Below, piece by piece: positions 39,903 through 49,758 of a stretch of DNA of 64,000 nucleotides (position 1 is the first letter of the stretch; every line of letters begins with the position of its first letter). The notes beneath the pieces are model-generated. The model was given only the letters and a program-made list of their open reading frames with translations. It was not told the origin of the DNA and ran no database searches. The translations under genes and the position numbers were made by a program. The DNA lies in assembly GCA_037138355.1 (NCBI GenBank), contig JBAXIL010000004.1, forward strand, positions 2,717 through 66,716. The letters run 5' to 3'. The stretch is from a bacterium. GTDB lineage: Bacteria > Oederibacteriota > PGYV01 > Palsa-1178.

Positions 39903-42141
39903 TTGGGACAACCTCCTCTTCGCCTGTCTTTGGATTATTCCAATAGAACTGCATTTCAGAATGATTGATTGATTCATAATATCTAAGAGTTATAGAATGC
40001 TTCCCAGCAGCTAAATATACGCTGCCTTTGCCTATGGCATCCTTAACAATTTCTGCTCCTGGATTTTTTAATACTTGTTTACCATCTATAGTCAAATCAG
40101 AATAATCGTTAGATTTTGTTATAAAAGTATATTGCCCTGATTTCTCAGCCTTAAACTTTCCTGTCCATTTTACCGAAAATGGAGCGGTTACAGGATTCTC
40201 AGTCCAGTTAAAGAAAATAAAAGGATCAAGTCTTTTTATTAATAACTCGCCATTCCATTCAATACCATGATAATAATAACCTGTCAGGCCGCTATTTTTA
40301 CCTTTTTCCTGATAGGCCTTTATTGACTCGTATGGAACTTCATAAGTAAAATACAGAATTTGATGTTTAACAAATTTGTGACGGAATTCACTATACTTGC
40401 CTTCAGGATACATTTTCTTAAGTATTGGAAGAAGTGGCAAAAATGATTCATCCAAAACATAGGCATAGTTTGACTTAAGTTCACTTTTAATTGGAACATG
40501 TTCAGAAAGAGAGAAATGAGTGTAATTATTGTGCGGATATACAGCAAACTTATATGTGTAGCTATTCAGCCAAGCAGGTCTTACCAAAGCCATAGTATCA
40601 GGTCCAAGGTCGTGTACATAGCGACCTAATGAATACTCATCAGTAGAAAATTCAGCCCAAGAACCAGCATGATTTTTAAACATAACAAAGTATCTGTCAT
40701 AATTTGCATAAGCCACATAACCTAAAATAATCATACCTGCTATCATAACTGTTTTTGTAAAATCTTTGCCATGCTGTTCTTTAGAAAATTCAAGGACTTT
40801 CCAAATAGTAATTACAGCAAATAACAATACCATAGGTATTTCAGCTATCGTCCTGTACGCCTGCGGCGATTCAATAGAAAATAGTCCCGCTTGCATGAAA
40901 GAAAAATACATGGCAAGCAAAAGAAAGTATCGGGGTTTGTATATATTTACAAGGGCATAACCAAGTCCCAACAACATAAAAATGCCAGTTACAAAATCAA
41001 GCATTGGTTCGTTTGCCACATTATGCCTGACATTCGCATCTCCAAGGTAATTAAACATAAGCATAGTATTAGCAAAACTTTCCAGATAAAGTTTTTCCCA
41101 ACTTTTATTTTTCATATTTCCAGTACTCTTGTCTTTTTCCATATACCTACCACCAATAACGGTAAGCATATCTTGGTTAAAGATAGAGACAGTGGCAGTT
41201 CTACTCATAAACTTCTGCGGATTTCTTATGACATAATTTAGCATGGGAGATATAACTATAAGAAAAGCAGCAAGTCCTAATATGATATTTTTATAATTTT
41301 TTACATAGAACTTCATTTCCACAATAAAGATATAGCCGCAAAAGATTACTAATGCTACAGGTATAAGACGACCGGCTATGTATGTGTATAAGGCGAGGGC
41401 AGTTAAAATACCGAGCATAATAAAATCAAAAGGTCTTCTTTTGACATAAGTTTTCCACGCAAAATAAAAACATAAGATTGCAAAGAAAACAGTGGCTATA
41501 CCTAAAAATCCAATTCTGCTAAAGTTTACATGCCAGCTTGTAACTGCGATTAAGAAACCGCCAACAATAGCCATTTTTGGACCCATAAGATAGCGAACAA
41601 GGAAATAAAAGGCTGGAACGCACAATAAACCAATCACTATAGAAACTGCTCTTATTTGCATTACCCCAATACCAAAAAACTTAAAGAATGCCGCTATATA
41701 ATACATATACATGGCCGCATTTTCTGTATCTCTTGCTATATACACTGGAAGCTTAGTACCTTCCAATTGTACGCCATTCATAATATTAATAGCTTCATTA
41801 CCATTTTGGCCTTCATCTCGGAAACAACCTGACGGCAATTGATCTATAAGAAACAATCTAAAAAATATCGCCACCAACATTATTCCCAAAAATGCTAAAG
41901 CTTCAATCCTGACATCAAGTATATCTTCTTGAACTTCATTTCTGGAGGACTTATCAGCAAGGATAAATACAACCAAAGCCAGAGCAAACATAACTAAGCC
42001 TGGTGCCAACCATTTATTTACGAAAAGCATATACTGTCCAATTAAAGCCAGCAACAACGATACTGCCGCTAAATTAAACGGTCCAAAAGCATACGCTGTC
42101 TTAATTAAGCTTTGGCTATTTTTTTTATTACGTTTTTTCAT
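39880..42141 (-). CDS. PMT/ArnT-like GT-C fold glycosyltransferase (GT39/GT83-like) with a C-terminal PA14 domain
   Basis: About 753 aa. N-terminal polytopic membrane domain with a DE loop motif (FRDEGQNG) as in PMT_2/ArnT. Soluble C-terminal region contains a clear PA14 domain (GLTGYYYHGIEWNGE...FSVKWTGKFKAEKSGQYTFITKSNDYSDLTIDGKQVL...GKHSITLRYYESINHSEMQFYWNNP). Start chosen at MKKRNKKNS. Confidence 0.75.
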   Translation of the reverse strand: MKKRNKKNSQSLIKTAYAFGPFNLAAVSLLLALIGQYMLFVNKWLAPGLVMFALALVVFILADKSSRNEVQEDILDVRIEALAFLGIMLVAIFFRLFLIDQLPSGCFRDEGQNGNEAINIMNGVQLEGTKLPVYIARDTENAAMYMYYIAAFFKFFGIGVMQIRAVSIVIGLLCVPAFYFLVRYLMGPKMAIVGGFLIAVTSWHVNFSRIGFLGIATVFFAILCFYFAWKTYVKRRPFDFIMLGILTALALYTYIAGRLIPVALVIFCGYIFIVEMKFYVKNYKNIILGLAAFLIVISPMLNYVIRNPQKFMSRTATVSIFNQDMLTVIGGRYMEKDKSTGNMKNKSWEKLYLESFANTMLMFNYLGDANVRHNVANEPMLDFVTGIFMLLGLGYALVNIYKPRYFLLLAMYFSFMQAGLFSIESPQAYRTIAEIPMVLLFAVITIWKVLEFSKEQHGKDFTKTVMIAGMIILGYVAYANYDRYFVMFKNHAGSWAEFSTDEYSLGRYVHDLGPDTMALVRPAWLNSYTYKFAVYPHNNYTHFSLSEHVPIKSELKSNYAYVLDESFLPLLPILKKMYPEGKYSEFRHKFVKHQILYFTYEVPYESIKAYQEKGKNSGLTGYYYHGIEWNGELLIKRLDPFIFFNWTENPVTAPFSVKWTGKFKAEKSGQYTFITKSNDYSDLTIDGKQVLKNPGAEIVKDAIGKGSVYLAAGKHSITLRYYESINHSEMQFYWNNPKTGEEEVVPSEVLTPQ

Positions 42142-42346
42142 CAAAAAGCACCTGCCTTGTTTTGATGTTATCGAAGAATTAGAATATTTCCAAAGTCTTC
42201 GATATCTATCTCCAAGCAAACCAGTCTTTGACATTTACAAAATCGCAGTGAAAATTTATATTTAAACAAACTCTCATTATTAAAACCGCGAGATACTTAA
42301 TCGCCTAAATAATAATAGGACAATATATCACTTCTTGTTTGTCAAT

Positions 42347-42715
42347 TTACTTTGGAGTAACAAGCACATTTTCTTTTGCGATGTCAATAAGCTTTAAAAA
42401 TGCCGGAGCATCTGTAACTGCCATTTCAGCAAGCTGTTTTCTGTTAAGAGTTATGCCGGCTTTGATCATTCCATTAATAAACTTGGAATATGATAATCCG
42501 TTTTCTCTGCAAGCCGAGTTTATTCTGGCAATCCACAATGTTCTGAACTGTCTTTTGCGTAGCTTTCTTCCTTTAAAAGAAGCCTGCCAACCCTTCTGAA
42601 CCTGTTCCGTGGCTCTTGTCCACAGATTTTTCTTTCTACCGTAAAAACCTTCGGCAAGTTTAAGTATCTTTTTATGTCTGCGTTTTGACGTTACGCCTCT
42701 TTTGACTCTTGGCAT
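42347..42715 (-). CDS. rplT: 50S ribosomal protein L20
   Basis: 122 aa. [30 protein letters not shown]. Confidence 0.95.
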   Translation of the reverse strand: MPRVKRGVTSKRRHKKILKLAEGFYGRKKNLWTRATEQVQKGWQASFKGRKLRKRQFRTLWIARINSACRENGLSYSKFINGMIKAGITLNRKQLAEMAVTDAPAFLKLIDIAKENVLVTPK

Positions 42716-42768
42716 GTTACTACCTCCACATTATTTTAATTTCAATTTTATTACTACTAAATATAAAT

Positions 42769-42966
42769 CTATCCGTAAGGTAACAGTTTCCTGACATTTT
42801 TTGCATTTGCGTGATCCACATAGCCAGCATTTCTTTTCGGTCTTTTCAAGTTACTACTTTCCTGATGCAAAAGATGGCGTAAGCCTGGTTTTTTATACTT
42901 TAGCTTGCCGCTTGCTGTCAATTTCAGCCTTTTTTTAGCACAGGAATTGGTCTTAAGTTTTGGCAT
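42769..42966 (-). CDS. rpmI: 50S ribosomal protein L35
   Basis: 65 aa. MPKLKTNSCAKKRLKLTASGKLK. Confidence 0.93.
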   Translation of the reverse strand: MPKLKTNSCAKKRLKLTASGKLKYKKPGLRHLLHQESSNLKRPKRNAGYVDHANAKNVRKLLPYG

Positions 42967-42981
42967 TTCGTTCTCCTTTTT

Positions 42982-43509
42982 TTAAATTATATTTTTCTTT
43001 ATTGGCATCATAGTAAATATGATTAGCTTATCTTCTTTAAATGGATCGCCTTCTATTTGGCCTTTATTAGCAAGGTGCTTAAATACTTGGTCAAGCATTT
43101 CGCTTCCACGCTGTTCCTTATATTCCATTTCCCTGCCTCTAAATCTTATTACAAACTTAACTTTAAATCCTTTATCCAAAAATTCGATTGCGTGATTTAG
43201 CTTTATTCCCAAATCATGCTTATCGATATTTGGTCTAATCTGTACTTCTTTAACCACAACTACATGCTGATTTTTTCTTGCTTCTTTATCTTTTTTCAGC
43301 TGCTCGTATCTGAACTTACCGTAATTCAACAATTTACAAACTGGCGGCTTTGCACTGGGACTAATTTCTACTAAATCCAAGTTGCGTTCTTCTGCCATTC
43401 TTATGGCGTCATTGACTGAAACCACACCGAGCGAGTTGCCTGCTTCATCGATTACCCTTATTTCAGGAATCCTGATCTGGCTGTTAACCCTTAACTCTGT
43501 GAATGAAAT
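42982..43509 (-). CDS. infC: Translation initiation factor IF-3, with an AUU initiation codon
   Basis: The frame is open upstream of the first ATG and encodes the IF-3 N-domain (ISFTELRVNSQIRIPEIRVIDEAGNSLGVVSVNDAIRMAEE). An in-frame ATT (plus 43507-43509) lies 9 nt after GGAGGTGGAG. An AUU start is the known autoregulatory feature of infC. Confidence 0.8.
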   Translation of the reverse strand: MSFTELRVNSQIRIPEIRVIDEAGNSLGVVSVNDAIRMAEERNLDLVEISPSAKPPVCKLLNYGKFRYEQLKKDKEARKNQHVVVVKEVQIRPNIDKHDLGIKLNHAIEFLDKGFKVKFVIRFRGREMEYKEQRGSEMLDQVFKHLANKGQIEGDPFKEDKLIIFTMMPIKKNII

Positions 43510-43683
43510 AAATCTCCACCTCCTAAAAAAAATAAAGACGGCATAAGCCGTCTTCTCCTATATATCAATAAATCTATTAAATATATATTCATTTTGTATG
43601 AACCCGGACAACTTTGTTATCCAGGGTGAGAAGCACTTGGCTTCCACTTTCTTGTTGGTATAATATACAAAAACCAAAGCAAA
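43510..43683 (-). promoter_or_regulatory. infC-rpmI-rplT promoter and leader, with a leader terminator immediately upstream of the SD (probable L20-dependent attenuator)
   Basis: On the minus strand: TTGACA (plus 43678-43683), 17-nt spacer, TATATT. Leader of about 130 nt with hairpins (GAAGCCAAGUGCUUC; CCCUGGAUAACAAAGUUGUCCGGG). Terminator hairpin AAGACGGCUUAUGCCGUCUU (plus 43535-43554) followed by UAUUUUUUUU, directly before the GGAGG SD. Confidence 0.55.
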
Positions 43684-43744
43684 TTGTCAACCATAAACTA
43701 TCTAATTAAGTGTTTTTATATGCTAAAAATGACCTTTTTTATGA

Positions 43745-45376
43745 CTATTTGAGCTTTCTGTATCTCTTTATCAGCGTATTTGTCGAACTATCATGCCTTA
43801 AAGTAGGTTCTTCTTTTACTTCAAGCTCTGGCACTATCTTCTCTGCAAGCACTTTTCCGAGCTGAACTCCCCACTGGTCAAAAGCGTTTATATTCCATAT
43901 CGCCGCCTGAGTGAAAACGCAATGCTCATATATCGCTATCAACTTACCCAAAACATTAGGAGTTAGCTTATCCATTAATATCATAGTTGAGGGTTTATTG
44001 CCTTCGAAGGTCTTGTGTGACACAAGAAAATCTGGAGTGTTATCCGCCTTCACTTCCTGAGAAGTTTTACCAAAAGCCAATGCTTCTGCCTGAGCAAATA
44101 CATTTGCCATAAGTATATCATGATGTCTGCCAATAGGATTTAACGATTTTGCAAATGCAATGAAATCACAAGGTATCAGCTTTGTCCCCTGATGTATGAG
44201 CTGATAAAAAGAATGCTGTCCGTTTGTTCCTGGCTCTCCCCAATATATAGAACCTGTCTGATAATTAATTTTTGCACCTTCTATAGTTACTTGCTTACCA
44301 TTACTTTCCATAGTCATTTGCTGAAGATAAGCAGGAAAGCGTTTTAAGTATTGTTCATAAGGAAGAACTGCGGTTGTGTCTGCATCAAAAAAGTTTATAT
44401 ACCAAATACCAAGAAGTCCCATTAAGACAGGAATATTTTTTTCAAATGGTGCTGTTCTGAAGTGTTCATCCATTTTATGAAAACCATCGAGCATGTCTCG
44501 AAAATTAGCTGGTCCAAAGGCAATCATATTAGACAAGCCTATCGCCGAGGTCATGGAATATCTGCCACCGACCCAGTCCCAAAACTCAAACATATTTTCC
44601 GTATCTATTCCAAATTTTGAAACCTCTACAGCATTTGTAGATACTGCCACAAAATGTTTAGCGACCGCTGCCTGATCTTTAAGTGTTTTTAAAGCCCAAG
44701 CGCGTGCAGTAAGAGCATTAGTCATAGTTTCAAGAGTTGTAAATGTTTTAGACGATACAATAAAAAGCGTTTCTTCCGCGTTTAAATCTTTTGTTGCTTC
44801 AGCAAAATCCGTGTCATCTACATTTGAAACAAACCTAAAAACTAAACCGCGCTGAGTATATGCCTTCAAAGCTTCATACGCCATAACTGGTCCTAAATCA
44901 GAACCGCCTATACCTATATTAACAATATTTTTAATTACTTTGCCTGTATAACCTTTCCATTCACCTTTTCTTATTTTGTCAGCAAAACCAGCCATTTTAT
45001 CAATCACCGCGTGTATTTGCGGGACTATATTTACTCCGTCAACAATGATTGTTTTGTCCTTTGGTGTACGAAGCGCTATGTGCAAAACACTTCTTTTTTC
45101 AGTTGAGTTAATTTTATCACCTCTAAACATAGCCTCTATCTTTTCTTTTAAACCTGACTCTGTCGCAAGTTGAATAAATAGTTGTAAAGTTTCATCATTG
45201 ATTCTATGTTTTGAATAATCAAAATAAACACCTTCAGCCTCAATTGCCATGCGACCACCTCTGTTTGAATCAGAAGCGAAGAGTTCTCTTAAATGCACCC
45301 CTTTTATCTTTTCAAAATTATTTTTTAATTGTTTCCACGAAGCAAGTTCAGTTAATACTATTTTTCCATCAGTCAT
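43745..45376 (-). CDS. pgi: Glucose-6-phosphate isomerase
   Basis: 543 aa. PGI family signatures ([16 protein letters not shown]-terminus, SIS domains). Confidence 0.92.
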   Translation of the reverse strand: MTDGKIVLTELASWKQLKNNFEKIKGVHLRELFASDSNRGGRMAIEAEGVYFDYSKHRINDETLQLFIQLATESGLKEKIEAMFRGDKINSTEKRSVLHIALRTPKDKTIIVDGVNIVPQIHAVIDKMAGFADKIRKGEWKGYTGKVIKNIVNIGIGGSDLGPVMAYEALKAYTQRGLVFRFVSNVDDTDFAEATKDLNAEETLFIVSSKTFTTLETMTNALTARAWALKTLKDQAAVAKHFVAVSTNAVEVSKFGIDTENMFEFWDWVGGRYSMTSAIGLSNMIAFGPANFRDMLDGFHKMDEHFRTAPFEKNIPVLMGLLGIWYINFFDADTTAVLPYEQYLKRFPAYLQQMTMESNGKQVTIEGAKINYQTGSIYWGEPGTNGQHSFYQLIHQGTKLIPCDFIAFAKSLNPIGRHHDILMANVFAQAEALAFGKTSQEVKADNTPDFLVSHKTFEGNKPSTMILMDKLTPNVLGKLIAIYEHCVFTQAAIWNINAFDQWGVQLGKVLAEKIVPELEVKEEPTLRHDSSTNTLIKRYRKLK

Positions 45377-45397
45377 TTTTTCTCTCCTATTATTGGT

Positions 45398-46990
45398 TTA
45401 TATTTTTTCTTTTCTTTTCATTTTTTCTTTTATCATATTTATTAAAGTTTTCGCTTCATTCACTTTAAACAAAGGCAATAATGCCGCATATATTCCTGTA
45501 CCAGCCAGCATACATATAAATACAATAAGAGCATTTATTTTTCGTGAATAAATCACATTCCATTTGCCTGCCAAGTACGAATTAAGATAATAAACGCAAA
45601 CTCCCATAACAACCGATATAAAAGTAATCTTTAGCAAATACAGTAAAAGCTCTTTTGTCTTTAAATCCCCCAAGAGTTTTCCTGCATAATGATACAGCAA
45701 CCAATATTGAACTATGCCGCCTATGGCAGTTGCCGCCGCTAAACCAAGGAAATTAAATGGAAACATAAGTAATACACATAAAATTATATTTAGAGCCATA
45801 ACAAAAGAACTGATTTTAACAGCAACTGCCGCTTTATCTATGGCATAGAAAACCTGAGTAAGTATTTTAATTCCAGTAAAAGCAAAGACAGCCACACAAT
45901 AAACGCTACTAACCTTAGCAGTATTTATAGCATCTTCAAAAGTAAAGCGTCCATAATTTAACAATAAAGAGTTTATAGGTAAGCTCAAAAATATAAGTCC
46001 AGCTGAGGCTGGGATAGTTATGAAAAAGGCCTGTTTTAAGGATGAATGAATTGTATTTCTAAGTGATTCAAAATCATTACGAGCAGCATACTGAGAAATA
46101 TACGGAAAAGATACCGTGGCTATCGCAACACCAAAAACGCCAAAAGGCAGTTGCATTAATCTATTTCCATAATATAAATAAGTGACTGCGCCACCAGTCA
46201 AATAAGATGCCAAAATAGTATTTACCAGTAGATTTATCTGAGTGACTGACTGCGCCACTGTCGCCGGTAACATAAGCTTCCCTATTTTTCTCAAACCTGG
46301 TTCTTTCAAATCAATAAAAAACTTATACCTAAAACCTTCATTTCTGGCAGGTATCCACTGAATTATTATCTGCAAAACAGCACCAACTAAAGCGCCAATA
46401 ACCCAGCCATAAACCTGTTTTTCTGGATCTTTTCCAAAAAGTGGACAAACCCATAAACCAGCGGCTATCATAGCTACATTTAATACCACTGGTGCAAATG
46501 CAGGCATAGAAAATTTTTTAAGTGAGTTCAATACCCCAAGAAAAAGTGCAGCAATTGAAATAAAATATATAAAAGGAAAAAGATATCTGGTGAGTTCAAC
46601 TGTAAGTGCAAACTTTGTAGGATCCTTAATGAAGCCAGGTGCCATGATTCTAACTATAGGATCGGCAAAGGTGATTCCAATAGCAGTCAAAACAATAAGC
46701 ACAATATTTAAAACAGTTAATAGATTAGAGGTCAGTAACCAAACATCTTCTTTTTTCTTTTTTTCAAGATATTCAGTGAAGACAGGTATAAAAGCAGACG
46801 ACAAAGCACCTTCAGCCAGAAGATTACGCAACATATTTGGTATACGAAAAGCTACAAAGAAAGCATCAGAAACCATGCCCACACCAAGCAGGGCTGCATT
46901 TAAAGCATCACGCATATAGCCCAATATTCTGGACAACATGGTTATCACGCTTACTATGACCGCTGATTTAGCTATATTTTTTGTTGACAT
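45398..46990 (-). CDS. murJ: Lipid II flippase MurJ
   Basis: 530 aa with 14 TM segments. MviN/MurJ N-terminus (SRILGYMRDALNAALLGVGMVSDAFFVAFRIPNMLR). Confidence 0.9.
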   Translation of the reverse strand: MSTKNIAKSAVIVSVITMLSRILGYMRDALNAALLGVGMVSDAFFVAFRIPNMLRNLLAEGALSSAFIPVFTEYLEKKKKEDVWLLTSNLLTVLNIVLIVLTAIGITFADPIVRIMAPGFIKDPTKFALTVELTRYLFPFIYFISIAALFLGVLNSLKKFSMPAFAPVVLNVAMIAAGLWVCPLFGKDPEKQVYGWVIGALVGAVLQIIIQWIPARNEGFRYKFFIDLKEPGLRKIGKLMLPATVAQSVTQINLLVNTILASYLTGGAVTYLYYGNRLMQLPFGVFGVAIATVSFPYISQYAARNDFESLRNTIHSSLKQAFFITIPASAGLIFLSLPINSLLLNYGRFTFEDAINTAKVSSVYCVAVFAFTGIKILTQVFYAIDKAAVAVKISSFVMALNIILCVLLMFPFNFLGLAAATAIGGIVQYWLLYHYAGKLLGDLKTKELLLYLLKITFISVVMGVCVYYLNSYLAGKWNVIYSRKINALIVFICMLAGTGIYAALLPLFKVNEAKTLINMIKEKMKRKEKI

Positions 46991-47004
46991 AATTTGATAT
47001 TTAT

Positions 47005-47604
47005 CTAAAACGCGGCGCTATATAGCGGGAACTTAACCTCTATGCCAGCATTCCAGTCCCTAATATTTACAGGATCTTTAGCAATTGAGTAATTCATAAA
47101 ATTTGTTACAGAAATAAAACTTCCCTGAAGGGCCATAGCAATACCAATTCCTCTCATATCAATATCTTTTCCTCCGACATTCACATTTTTACCTAAAACT
47201 ATTAGCGCCACACCTGTAACAAAATGTCCAACACCTGTCCATGCGCGCCAACCGCTATCTTCTATCATTACCGTTCTCGCTTTTTCTTGATCAGATGTTT
47301 TTTCTGTCCAATTTATATTAATTATAGCTAATGTAGTTTCAACAGCACCATATATAAGATTAGCTACGCCAATACCGCTACCTACAGGATCTTTACTCGT
47401 CGAAGCAATAATACCACTTCCTAAAGACAAACCAGCCCAAGTCATAAATATATTTGAAGCAGTTTGAGTATGTTTAATCGGGTCATAAACAATTATTGTT
47501 TTTTCTTTTGATGTTGAAGTATTTCCTTCTGCAATTACTAAATCATCAGCAATAAGCAAGCCAGCGGTCATAATAAAAATGAAAATTAATATCATTTTTT
47601 TCAT
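47005..47604 (-). CDS. Hypothetical small outer-membrane (beta-barrel-like) protein
   Basis: 199 aa. Signal peptide, Gly-rich amphipathic composition, and a C-terminal aromatic residue (..YSAAF) typical of OMP beta-barrels. Confidence 0.5.
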   Translation of the reverse strand: MKKMILIFIFIMTAGLLIADDLVIAEGNTSTSKEKTIIVYDPIKHTQTASNIFMTWAGLSLGSGIIASTSKDPVGSGIGVANLIYGAVETTLAIININWTEKTSDQEKARTVMIEDSGWRAWTGVGHFVTGVALIVLGKNVNVGGKDIDMRGIGIAMALQGSFISVTNFMNYSIAKDPVNIRDWNAGIEVKFPLYSAAF

Positions 47605-47719
47605 TTGTGCCTCCTTAATAATTTTAGTTATTATACAACAGAAAAACAGGTATTACAAACAAAATAAGAATTCGAGGTATCTCAATGAAATACTCAGAAT
47701 TACCAAAATGCCAGGATTT

Positions 47720-49288
47720 TTATTTTAGTAATGCGCATTCTCTGCGTGCAATAATAACTTTAACACCTTTTTTTCCAAGATATTCCGTTATAAGTGATTT
47801 GAGTTTATTTGTTTCAAACGGATCAATGACAGCCACCTGCGTCACACCAAGTCCTTCAAGTAACTTTTCAAGAATTATATTAGGTGCTATATGCCCCATG
47901 AGAGTTTTTCCAGCAGCAGCATGAGGTTGCCTACCAGTCATAGCCGTAGTCTTATTATCTAAAATTATGGTGAGAGTATTTCCCCCATTGTAAACCATAT
48001 TAGCAATTCCGGTAATCCCAGAATGCATAAAAGTAGAGTCGCCTATCACTGCCACGACTTTATCAGCAGGTTCTCCTGCTTTTTCAATACCATAAGCATG
48101 ATTAATCGCAGACCCCATATCTATGCAAGTATGCAGTGCAGAGAATGGCGGTAGCGCCCCCAAAGTATAACAACCTATATCTCCAGCAACTACTAAGCCC
48201 ATTTCGCCTAAGACTTTAAAAACGCCTCTGTGCCCACAATCAAAACATAATGACGGTGGTCTTGACGGTACAATAGGTTTTTTAATTTCAGCAATTACAT
48301 TAGCTGTATTTAGAGAATTAAATTTATTATATGAGTCCCTGATAATATCTGGAGTAAGCTCATCTATCAACGGAAAAACCTTTTTGCCTTCTACCACTAT
48401 CCCCTCTGCCTTTAAAATATCTTCAATATATGGTTCAAGCTCTTCAACTACATAAAGTTTTTTTACCGTTTCAGCAAATTTCTTTATTTTTTGAATGGGA
48501 AGAGGATTTAACAAACCCAACTTCAATACCGACTTGTCAGGAAATACTTCTTTTACATATTGATAAACAGCCCCAGAAGTTATGAAACCTACATCAGAAG
48601 ATAATAGCTCTTCAGTATTTAATTTAGTGGTCTCAGCAAAAGCTTTTAATTTTTTATACTTATCAACCAACACCACTCTCTTTTTTTTAGCATTCAAAGG
48701 CATCATTACATATTTTTCCCAAGGTACATCCATTTTTTTCTTTGGAAACTCTGGTTTTAAATCTGGATTAATTTCCACCACAGTTTTTGAATGTGCAATT
48801 CTTGTGGTTATCCTAAATAACACCGGTAAGTCAAAGTGTTCACTTATTTCTACTGCATCTTTCATAAAATCTTTTGCTTCCTGCGAATCAGCAGGTTCTA
48901 ATATTGGAGTATAAGAAAACTTCCCTATGTATCTATTGTCCTGTTCATTTTGTGAAGAATGCATACCAGGGTCATCGGCACAGACAACTACAAGGCCTCC
49001 ATTAATTCCAGTATAAGCAAGAGTCATATAGGCATCTAAAGCCACATTCAGACCTACATGTTTCATAGTACACATAGTCCTAACTCCGCCCAAAGAGGCC
49101 CCTGTTGCAGCCTCAAGTGCTACCTTTTCATTGATAGACCATTCTGCATATATGCCTTTATATAGGGCGAAATTCTCAAGTATTTCAGTTGAAGGCGTGC
49201 CAGGATAACCAAAGCCTGCATATATACCAGCCTCAAAAGCGCCTCTCGCTATAGCCTCGTCTCCAGACATTAAAATTCTCTGATTCAA
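47720..49288 (-). CDS. iorA: Indolepyruvate:ferredoxin oxidoreductase alpha subunit (TPP enzyme). No ferredoxin-type Cys motifs were detected.
   Basis: 522 aa. Matches IorA over its length. TPP-binding GDSTFMHSGITGI...NKTTAMTGRQ. Only a CFDCGH Cys pair; no CxxCxxCxxxCP motif. Confidence 0.8.
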   Translation of the reverse strand: MNQRILMSGDEAIARGAFEAGIYAGFGYPGTPSTEILENFALYKGIYAEWSINEKVALEAATGASLGGVRTMCTMKHVGLNVALDAYMTLAYTGINGGLVVVCADDPGMHSSQNEQDNRYIGKFSYTPILEPADSQEAKDFMKDAVEISEHFDLPVLFRITTRIAHSKTVVEINPDLKPEFPKKKMDVPWEKYVMMPLNAKKKRVVLVDKYKKLKAFAETTKLNTEELLSSDVGFITSGAVYQYVKEVFPDKSVLKLGLLNPLPIQKIKKFAETVKKLYVVEELEPYIEDILKAEGIVVEGKKVFPLIDELTPDIIRDSYNKFNSLNTANVIAEIKKPIVPSRPPSLCFDCGHRGVFKVLGEMGLVVAGDIGCYTLGALPPFSALHTCIDMGSAINHAYGIEKAGEPADKVVAVIGDSTFMHSGITGIANMVYNGGNTLTIILDNKTTAMTGRQPHAAAGKTLMGHIAPNIILEKLLEGLGVTQVAVIDPFETNKLKSLITEYLGKKGVKVIIARRECALLK

Positions 49289-49307
49289 GTACTTGCTCCT
49301 TCAATAA

Positions 49308-49733
49308 TTAAAGTTTGTAAACATCTTCCGCTTTTAATATTTTAACACCAATAATCTTTTTAATAGCTTCTTCGGGTTTTTCTACTCTAAAAACCATAAC
49401 AGCATTACTATTATTTTTTTCTACAAAAGCATACATGTATTCTATATTAATTTTAGCATTTTTAAAAACATTCAAGACCTTAGCCAAACCACCTGGCTGG
49501 TCCTCAACTTCCACTGCGATAATATCTGTAGTCTTGACTACCACATCTTTTGATTTTAAAAAAGTGATTGCCTTATCAGGCGTGTCAACTATCATTCTAA
49601 GTACACCAAAATCAGCTGTGTCTGCCAAAGACAATGCCCTTATATTAATTTTTGCTTCTGCCAGTATAGCCATAATATCAGCAAGTCGACCTTCTCTATT
49701 TTCAACAAAGATTGAGAGTTGAACTATTTTCAT
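49308..49733 (-). CDS. ACT domain protein (PaaK-associated regulatory subunit)
   Basis: 141 aa with two ACT repeats. Conserved partner of phenylacetate-CoA ligase genes. Confidence 0.75.
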   Translation of the reverse strand: MKIVQLSIFVENREGRLADIMAILAEAKINIRALSLADTADFGVLRMIVDTPDKAITFLKSKDVVVKTTDIIAVEVEDQPGGLAKVLNVFKNAKINIEYMYAFVEKNNSNAVMVFRVEKPEEAIKKIIGVKILKAEDVYKL

Positions 49734-49758
49734 AAAACCCTCCTAATATAATATTTTT

